A stretch of 64,000 nucleotides of DNA. Origin: an uncultured Bacilli bacterium. Lineage in GTDB: Bacteria; Bacillota_I; Bacilli_A; RF39; UBA660. Positions 58,857-64,000 of this stretch are shown piece after piece. How positions within the stretch are numbered: the first letter of the stretch is position 1; the number at the start of each line of letters is the position of its first letter. The DNA lies in NCBI GenBank assembly GCA_934120265.1, contig CAKOTU010000001.1, positions 69,395 through 133,394 on the forward strand, given 5' to 3'. The notes under the pieces are model-generated. The model ran no database searches, was not told the origin of the DNA, and was given only the letters and a program-made list of their open reading frames with translations. The translations under genes were made by a program, and so were the position numbers.

Positions 58857-60653
58857 ATGGAACAAAGACAAAAAACTAGAAGTGAAATTGAAGAAAAATA
58901 TAAATGGGATTTGACACCAATTTACAAAGATGTAGATTCATGGTATGAAGATTATGATTTGGCTTTAAAAGAAATAAAAAAAGTTCTAGAATTTAAAGGT
59001 AATATTGTAAAAAATGCTAAAAATTTACTTGATTATATTGAGTTCTCAATGAATTTAGAAAGAAAATTATATAAGCTTTATTATTATGCTCATCTAAATT
59101 TTGATAGTGATACAACAAATGATGAATATCAAAAGATGAATGGTAAAATTGAAAATTTATTAGCTGAATATAATAGATTAGATTCCTTTGCTAATCCTGA
59201 AATGATGAAAATAGATTATAGTCAAGTAAAAGAATTTTATAAAGAAGAACCAAGATTAGAAGAATATGAGTTTTTGTTGGAACAACTATATCGATATAAA
59301 GATCATATATTAAACACAGAAGCAGAGAGTATTATTTCATCTTTTGCTAATATCAATAGTACTCCAGAACAAGTATTTGAGGCTCTTACTGATTCTGATT
59401 TAAGATTTGGTAAAGTAAAAAATGATAAAGGTGAAGAAATTGAACTTACTGAAAGCAATTATTCTTCGTTTATAGAATCTACTAATAGAGATGTTAGAAA
59501 AGAAGCTTTTGAAATGTTATTAAAAACCTATAGTAATTATAAAAATACTATAGCTAATACTTTTGCTGGTAATGTTGAAGTTTTAACTACTATGGCTAAG
59601 TTAAAAAAATATTCAAGTAGTTTAGAAGCCTCTTTATTTGATGATAATATTAGTACTGAAGTTTATAATAACTTAATAGATACTGTGTCTAATAATTTAA
59701 ATGTTTTATATAAATATTTTGATTTAAAAAAAGAAGTTTTAGGTTTAGATGAATTCCATTTATATGATCAATATAATTCTTTAGTACCTGATTGTTCAAA
59801 AAATTATACATTTGAAGAAGCTAAAGAGTTAGTTTTGAAAGCACTAGCTGTTTTAGGAGAAGATTATGTAGCAAATCTAAATAAAGCCTTTGATGAAAGA
59901 TGGATTGATTTTTATAATAACAAAGGAAAAAGAACAGGTGCCTATTCAAGTGGCTTCTATGATACAAATCCATATGTGTTACTAAACTTTAATGGTAAAT
60001 TTGGTGATGTGTCAACACTCGCTCATGAACTTGGCCATTCAATGCACACATATTATTCATGTCATAATAATCCATATCAATATTCTAGTTATAAAATCTT
60101 TGTTGCCGAAGTCGCATCTACTGTTAATGAATTGTTATTAAAATATTACATCTTAAATCATACTGATGATGTAAATGAGAAAAAATATATTATTAACGAA
60201 ATGATGAATAATTTTAAATCAACAATTTATAGACAAACTATGTTTGCAGAATTTGAAAGAGATATGCATGCCTTAAAAGAAAAAGGTGAAATACTAACTA
60301 GTCAATTACTTTCGGATAAGTATTATGAATTAAATAAAAAATATTTTGGACCTGATGTTGTAGTTGACGATGTTATTAGATATGAATGGGAAAGAATTCC
60401 TCATTTCTATTATGATTTTTATGTTTATAAATATGCCATTGGTTTGTCTTGCGCATGTTATATTGCAGATGGCATATTAAATGATAAACCAAACGCTCTT
60501 GAAAACTATAAAAAATTCTTATCTTTAGGTGGTAGTGACTATCCAGCAAACGAACTTAAAATTGCTGGTATTGATGTTACAAAGAGTGAAGTAGTTGAAA
60601 GTGCAATTAAGATGTTTGATAATTTAATTAAACAATTTAAAGAATTAAGTTAG
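58857..60653 (+). CDS. pepF: Oligoendopeptidase F (M3B)
   Basis: WDLTPIY N-terminus, LAHELGHSMH zinc motif, 598 aa. Confidence 0.9.
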   Translation: MEQRQKTRSEIEEKYKWDLTPIYKDVDSWYEDYDLALKEIKKVLEFKGNIVKNAKNLLDYIEFSMNLERKLYKLYYYAHLNFDSDTTNDEYQKMNGKIENLLAEYNRLDSFANPEMMKIDYSQVKEFYKEEPRLEEYEFLLEQLYRYKDHILNTEAESIISSFANINSTPEQVFEALTDSDLRFGKVKNDKGEEIELTESNYSSFIESTNRDVRKEAFEMLLKTYSNYKNTIANTFAGNVEVLTTMAKLKKYSSSLEASLFDDNISTEVYNNLIDTVSNNLNVLYKYFDLKKEVLGLDEFHLYDQYNSLVPDCSKNYTFEEAKELVLKALAVLGEDYVANLNKAFDERWIDFYNNKGKRTGAYSSGFYDTNPYVLLNFNGKFGDVSTLAHELGHSMHTYYSCHNNPYQYSSYKIFVAEVASTVNELLLKYYILNHTDDVNEKKYIINEMMNNFKSTIYRQTMFAEFERDMHALKEKGEILTSQLLSDKYYELNKKYFGPDVVVDDVIRYEWERIPHFYYDFYVYKYAIGLSCACYIADGILNDKPNALENYKKFLSLGGSDYPANELKIAGIDVTKSEVVESAIKMFDNLIKQFKELS

Positions 60654-60662
60654 GTGATGTAA

Positions 60663-61784
60663 ATGAATAAAAGAGATTATTATGAGGTCCTAGGAGTTAG
60701 TAAAACTGCTACGGATGATGAAATAAAATCAGCGTTTCGTAAATTAGCAAAGAAGTATCATCCAGATGTTTCTAAAGAACCTGATGCTGCTGAAAAATTT
60801 AAAGAAGCTCAAGAAGCATATGCGATACTTTCTGATCCACAAAAAAGAAAACAGTATGATCAATTTGGCCATGCTGCATTTGAACAAGGTGCAGGAGGCG
60901 GAGCTGGTGCAGGTGGATTTGATTTCTCTGGTTTCGATTTTTCTGATATTTTTGGTGATCTTTTTGGAGAAAGCGGATTTGATTTTGGATTCGGTGGAGG
61001 CAGATCGAGGGGCTCAAACCGTGCCACTAGAGGTGCTGATAGCTTAATTAGAATGGATCTAACATTTGAAGAAGCTGCTTTTGGATGTAAAAAAGATATT
61101 ACATTAGAAATAATGGAAGAATGTAGTGAATGTGATGGTAAAGGTGGACATGGTGAAAAAAATTGCCCTGATTGTCATGGTAGTGGTACAGTAACAACAG
61201 AGCAACACACATTATTTGGTTCTTTCATGACTAGAACAACTTGTCCTAGTTGTAGAGGAAAAGGAAAAATATATGAAACTAAATGTAGTAAGTGTCGTGG
61301 AGCTGGAAAATTAAAAGTAACAAAGACTTTAGAAGTCAAAGTTCCAGCCGGAGTAGATACTGGAAATCAATTACGTTTAGCTGGAAAAGGTACTGCTGGA
61401 ACTAACGGTGGACCTAATGGAGATGTATATTTAGAGTTTAGAGTAAAAGAACATCCATTATTTAAACGTGAAGAAAATGATATATATTTAGAGTTACCAA
61501 TTACAATTACTGATGCTGTATTAGGATGTAAAAAAGAAGTTCCTACTTTAAATGGTAAAGTTGTTTTAACAATTACCGCTGGAACTCAAACAAATGATAA
61601 ATACCGTATTAAAGGAAAAGGAATAGAAGATGTACATTCTTCACGTAAAGGTGATATGTATGTTGTTATAAAGGTAATAACTCCTAAGAAACTAACTCGT
61701 GATCAAAAGAAATTATTTGAAGAACTTTCAAATACAACTTTAGACGATAGTTTAGAATTTAAAAAAATTAACCAATATTTATAA
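60663..61784 (+). CDS. dnaJ: Molecular chaperone DnaJ
   Basis: J domain (DYYEVLGV...KYHPD), G/F region, four CxxCxGxG zinc-finger repeats. Confidence 0.97.
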   Translation: MNKRDYYEVLGVSKTATDDEIKSAFRKLAKKYHPDVSKEPDAAEKFKEAQEAYAILSDPQKRKQYDQFGHAAFEQGAGGGAGAGGFDFSGFDFSDIFGDLFGESGFDFGFGGGRSRGSNRATRGADSLIRMDLTFEEAAFGCKKDITLEIMEECSECDGKGGHGEKNCPDCHGSGTVTTEQHTLFGSFMTRTTCPSCRGKGKIYETKCSKCRGAGKLKVTKTLEVKVPAGVDTGNQLRLAGKGTAGTNGGPNGDVYLEFRVKEHPLFKREENDIYLELPITITDAVLGCKKEVPTLNGKVVLTITAGTQTNDKYRIKGKGIEDVHSSRKGDMYVVIKVITPKKLTRDQKKLFEELSNTTLDDSLEFKKINQYL

Positions 61785-61850
61785 TACTTTACATAAAGTT
61801 AATTTTATGTTATTATGTATTTAGCAAGAGAACTTGCATAAAATAAAAAA

Positions 61851-61934
61851 GGGAATACTTAACTTTGCTCGTTGAGTACTCGCCATATTGGTTTTGTACT
61901 TAATCTATGTCGATAGATTGAGTACTATTTTTTT
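61851..61934 (+). ncRNA. Candidate antisense RNA, or the dnaJ 3' UTR, ending in an intrinsic terminator and antisense to the 3' end of the small toxin-like gene
   Basis: GGGAATACTT... 5' segment mirrors the 5' UTR of the opposite-strand gene. Hairpin 61896-61925 plus T7. Only a weak -10 (TAAAAT at 61839) lies upstream. Confidence 0.3.
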
Positions 61935-62014
61935 ATAGATAGAATCATTAAAGAGACTATTAATAAAATGATAATTAGTATTAGAAATGAGATTAATAAA
62001 TCTTTTTTCTTCAT
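61925..62014 (-). CDS. 29-aa hydrophobic peptide, candidate type I toxin
   Basis: My own translation: MKKKDLLISFLILIIILLIVSLMILSIKK. AAAGGAGG RBS 9 nt upstream, partly sequestered in a CTTTC-ATAC-GAAAG hairpin. Own strong promoter. Confidence 0.45.
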   Translation of the reverse strand: MKKKDLLISFLILIIILLIVSLMILSIKK

Positions 62015-62079
62015 AATATCAAGCCTCCTTTCGTATGAAAGTTGGCAAGTACTCAAACAGTTAGTATTCCCTAAAGATA

Positions 62080-62108
62080 ATTATACCAGAAGTTAACTAT
62101 GCATTCAA
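62080..62108 (-). promoter_or_regulatory. Sigma-A promoter (minus strand) driving the small hydrophobic ORF
   Basis: Minus strand reads TTGAAT, 17-nt spacer, TGgTATAAT (extended -10). Predicted start is near GGGAATACT. Confidence 0.55.
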
Positions 62109-62201
62109 CAGTTTGCGATAAATATTCATTATAAATTAATTTTATTGTTGATAAATAAAACACTTTATAATATAATATATGTAGTTGAGAGGATGAATTA
62201 T

Positions 62202-62744
62202 ATGGATGATATTTTAATGGAAACAGAAATGAAAATGGAAGCTTCTATTGATAGTATGGAAAAGAGATTAATTAATATTAGAGCAGGACGTGCTAACCCA
62301 GCTATTTTAGATGGTGTTATGGTATCTTATTATGGAGTTGATACACCTTTAAAACAACTTGCTACTATTTCTATTCCTGAGGCACGTCAACTTATGATTA
62401 AGCCATTTGATAGAACTACTTTGGGAGCTATTGAAAAAGGAATTTATGAAGCAAATGTTGGACTAACTCCAAATAATAATGGTGAAGTAATAATTTTAAA
62501 TATTCCTATTTTAACAGAAGATACAAGAAGAGAATATGTAAAGCAAGCTAAAACAATTTGTGAAGAATGCAAAATAGCGCTTCGTAATATTAGACAAGAT
62601 GCTAATAACGATATAAAAAAATTAGAAGTGCCTGAAGATGAAATAAAAAGTGGTCAAGAAGATGTTCAAGAATTAATTAATAAATATAATAAAATTGTTG
62701 ATGAAAAGTTTAAAATAAAAGAACAAGAATTAATGACTGTATAA
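62202..62744 (+). CDS. frr: Ribosome recycling factor
   Basis: IRAGRANPAILDGVMVSYYG...LATISIPEARQLMIKPFD. Confidence 0.95.
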   Translation: MDDILMETEMKMEASIDSMEKRLINIRAGRANPAILDGVMVSYYGVDTPLKQLATISIPEARQLMIKPFDRTTLGAIEKGIYEANVGLTPNNNGEVIILNIPILTEDTRREYVKQAKTICEECKIALRNIRQDANNDIKKLEVPEDEIKSGQEDVQELINKYNKIVDEKFKIKEQELMTV

Positions 62745-62749
62745 AAACG

Positions 62750-62931
62750 TTGAAGAAGATTAGTAAATTAAAAATATTTTAAAGAGAGTCTGTGGCCGGT
62801 GTGAACAGATAAATGTTTTGATTGAAGCTCCTTTGGAGTGTGATTAATAATCACCGGGAAACCGTTATCAAAATTAAGATCAATTAGGATGGTACCACGG
62901 TTTTTCGTTCCTAGAAAAACACGTGGTTTTT
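62750..62931 (+). promoter_or_regulatory. T-box leader (tRNA-sensing transcription attenuator)
   Basis: AGAGAG bulge (62782-88), distal loop GGCCGGUGUGA, T-box AATTAGGATGGTACCACGG (62882-62900). Antiterminator TAGGA/TCCTA with UGGUACC bulge. Competing terminator 62895-62926 plus T5. Confidence 0.8.
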
Positions 62932-62957
62932 ATATATTTAGATATAAAGGAGGAACT

Positions 62958-63509
62958 ATGGAGTTTACAAAAAAAGAAGTTAAAATATTTTTATTGTCAG
63001 GTAAAGCTAGAAGTGGTAAAGAAACTGTTTCTAGTATGATAAAAGATTATTATTCTAGTAAAAAAGTTATAGCTATATCTTTTGCCGGCTATTTAAAAGA
63101 ATACGCTAAAAAAATAAGTGGTTGGGATGGAAGCGAAGAGACTAAACCAAGAGAGTTTTTACAACAATTGGGAATAGAACTAATAAAAGAAAAAATAGAT
63201 AATAAATTATTTATAAGAAGAGTTTTAGAAGATATAGAAGTTTATTCATATTTCTTTGATGTTATTATAATAACTGATGCTAGACTAGTAGATGAGGTAG
63301 AATCGGTAAAAGATAAATATAAAGATGCTGTAACAATTAGAATTGTTAGGGACGATTATGAAAGTAATTTAACAAGTGATCAAAAGAACCATATTACAGA
63401 AACAGGATTAGATGGATATAATAATTTTGATTACATAGTAAGTAATAATGAATTGGATAAATTAAAAGTAGATATCGATAAAATATTAAAAGAGGTGGAT
63501 TATGAATAA
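62958..63509 (+). CDS. dNMP kinase-like P-loop protein (phage T4 gp1-like family)
   Basis: FLLSGKARSGKETV P-loop and NHITETGLDG motif parallel LSGVKRSGKDT / THITEAGL of T4 gp1. AAGGAGG RBS at the ATG 62958. Confidence 0.65.
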   Translation: MEFTKKEVKIFLLSGKARSGKETVSSMIKDYYSSKKVIAISFAGYLKEYAKKISGWDGSEETKPREFLQQLGIELIKEKIDNKLFIRRVLEDIEVYSYFFDVIIITDARLVDEVESVKDKYKDAVTIRIVRDDYESNLTSDQKNHITETGLDGYNNFDYIVSNNELDKLKVDIDKILKEVDYE

Positions 63510-64000
63510 ATTAGTAGCAATCGTAGGTATGTGTGGTTCTGGTAAGTCAGTTGCAACTACATTTTTTAAAGATCATGGTTATGAAGTTATATATTTTGGT
63601 GGAGTAACTATGAAAAAATTAGAAGAAGAAGGATTAGAAGTAACACCTGAAAATGAAAAAATGATGAGAGAACGCCTTAGACGTGATTTTGGTATGGGAG
63701 CGTATGCTCAAGTTTTAATAGATGATATTAAATCATCTTTAGAGAAAAGTAATGTTGTTTTAGATGGTGTTTATTCTTGGAGTGAATTAAAAATATTAAA
63801 ACAAGAATTCCCAAGTATAAAATTTATTTCTGTTGTTGTTGATAAAGAAAAAAGATATGATAGATTAAATAATAGGGAAGTTAGACCATTTAACCACGAA
63901 CAAGCTGTTATTAGAGATACATCAGAGATAGAAAATTTAGAAAAAGGTGGACCAATCTGTTATGCAGATTACTTTATTTTAAATAATGATAGTGAGAAAG
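63502..64000 (+). CDS. P-loop nucleotide kinase-fold protein (dephospho-CoA kinase/UPF0200-like), 3' end cut by window edge
   Basis: My own translation: MNKLVAIVGMCGSGKSVATTFFKDHGYEVIYFGG.... Overlaps the upstream stop by 8 nt. GAGGTGG RBS. Confidence 0.55.
   Translation, partial: MNKLVAIVGMCGSGKSVATTFFKDHGYEVIYFGGVTMKKLEEEGLEVTPENEKMMRERLRRDFGMGAYAQVLIDDIKSSLEKSNVVLDGVYSWSELKILKQEFPSIKFISVVVDKEKRYDRLNNREVRPFNHEQAVIRDTSEIENLEKGGPICYADYFILNNDSEK

Noticed and set aside
62750-62780. Possible promoter for the T-box leader (TTGAAG at 62750 with an AT-rich -10 candidate around 62773-62780).
   Set aside because: The spacing and -10 hexamer are poor (AATATT or TATTTT with 17-19 nt spacers), and it would remove the proposed base of Stem I. 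Read-through from frr seems at least as likely, so it is not reported as a feature.
62889-62957. N-terminal extension of the ORF-track entry 62889-63509 (MVPRFFVPRKTRGFYIFRYKGGT...).
   Set aside because: This stretch is the T-box antiterminator/terminator. The real start is the ATG at 62958, preceded by AAGGAGG.

Overview
AT-rich (roughly 28-30% GC by eye), gene-dense chromosomal core region of an endospore-forming Firmicute. It uses the standard genetic code and is strongly biased to the + strand. Recognisable housekeeping and sporulation genes include gpr, rpmF, queA, miaA, rnj, ftsY, ylxM, rny, yabG-veg-spoVG-yabP-yabQ-divIC, gerQ, argS, rpoE, prfA-prmC, polC, uvsE, polA, clpC-like, hrcA-grpE-dnaK-(pepF)-dnaJ and frr. 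I saw no rRNA, tRNA, CRISPR array, transposase or integrase. The unusual content is: (1) four dispersed genes for prepilin-type (GFTL[IV]ELL) proteins. Three share a conserved ~135-aa N-terminal module fused to different C-terminal domains, and the fourth carries two dockerin modules. No pilus-assembly genes lie in the window. (2) Two of these genes are preceded by a near-identical promoter + stem-enclosed RNA domain + strong terminator containing a G10/G7 homopolymer. This is a candidate riboswitch/attenuator that I could not match to any class I know. (3) A candidate type I toxin-antitoxin locus lies between dnaJ and frr. (4) A T-box leader precedes a dNMP-kinase-like gene. (5) A solo HerA/DUF87-like ATPase sits where ffh normally follows ylxM. 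All calls come from reading motifs in the sequence and ORF track; no database searches were run.
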